This document shows, piece by piece, positions 63,380-64,000 of a DNA stretch of 64,000 bases. The notes below the pieces were generated by a model. It was not told where the DNA came from and searched no databases. It was given only the letters and a program-made list of their open reading frames with translations. The stretch's first letter is position 1. Each line of letters opens with the position of its first letter. Where the stretch lies: positions 101,928,001-101,992,000 of the forward strand of contig NC_135811.1 in the NCBI RefSeq assembly GCF_964213995.1, in the 5' to 3' direction. Position numbers and translations under genes: made by a program. The stretch is from Mustelus asterias. Taxonomy: Eukaryota.

Positions 63380-63890
63380 CCTTCGTCCCATACATCGCTG
63401 CAGGAGTGCCCCAGGGTCTCAGGCCGAACTATCTTCACCTTCACCAACGATCATCCCTCCATCATGAGGTCAGAAGTGGGGATGTTCGCTGGTGTATGTC
63501 CACCACTTCTTATGAATCATCAAATACTGAAACAGTCGGTGTCCCTATGCAGCAAGAAATGGATAAAATTCAGGCTTGGAATGACGAGTAGCAAGTGACG
63601 TTCGTGCTACCCGTTGGAGATGGTCTTTGCCTGGCACAAGAGAGTATCTAACCATTGCCTCTTGACAGTCAGTGGGCATTACCATTTCTGACTCCACCCC
63701 GCTCACCAACATCCTTGTGGGGGGGTTACCATTAACCAGAACTGGGCTGTGAGAGCAGGTCAGAGGCTTGGCATTCAGCAGTGAGGTGGCAGACCAGCTG
63801 TCTTGTCTTTTTATCAAATCTGCAGGATCAAGGAGAGACAGAATCCTTGATTTCACTCTCCTCCTGACTCCTCAAAGCCTGTCTGCCATC
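63380..63890 (+). mobile_element. Old CR1-group LINE RT fragment
   Basis: AGVPQG, ND-PSIMRSEVGMFA remnants. Confidence 0.65.
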
Positions 63891-63892
63891 TA

Positions 63893-63980
63893 CAATAAGA
63901 AGTCTCACAACACCAAGTTAAAGTCCAATAGGTTTATTTGGTAGCGCAAGCTTTCGGAGTGTCGCTCCTCCTTCAGGTGA
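63893..63980 (-). mobile_element. Family-1 PLE fragment with degenerate hammerhead
   Basis: Minus strand CAC-CTGAAGG-A-GGAGC-gac-ACTCC-GAAA-GC-TT. Confidence 0.75.
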
Positions 63981-64000
63981 CTTCTCACTGCGCTGAGCCC

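Overview
Eukaryotic (vertebrate) genomic DNA. The repeat content (HE1-type V-SINEs, many CR1 LINEs, Penelope-like elements, Deu-domain SINEs) points to a shark or other elasmobranch (inference). The window appears to lie inside one + strand gene, FBXL20 (F-box/leucine-rich repeat protein 20). Six GT-AG coding exons are visible (17933-17987, 39512-39586, 44830-44924, 50356-50424, 53969-54064, 62618-62692). One expected exon (EGC...LFLKGCTQ) is not visible and probably sits in the 200-N gap at 61072-61271. The introns hold about 25 tRNA-headed SINE copies with two alternative tails, nested CR1 copies, L2 and Rex1/Babar fragments, and a disrupted Penelope element (RT + GIY-YIG). The most interesting signal is two families of short, TSD-flanked fold-back insertions carrying minimal hammerhead ribozyme motifs. 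One intact core lies in the sense strand of the FBXL20 pre-mRNA, and one family shows both C3-G8 and U3-A8 versions of the core tertiary pair. Repeat boundaries were read by eye and are approximate; family names come from recalled knowledge, not database searches.
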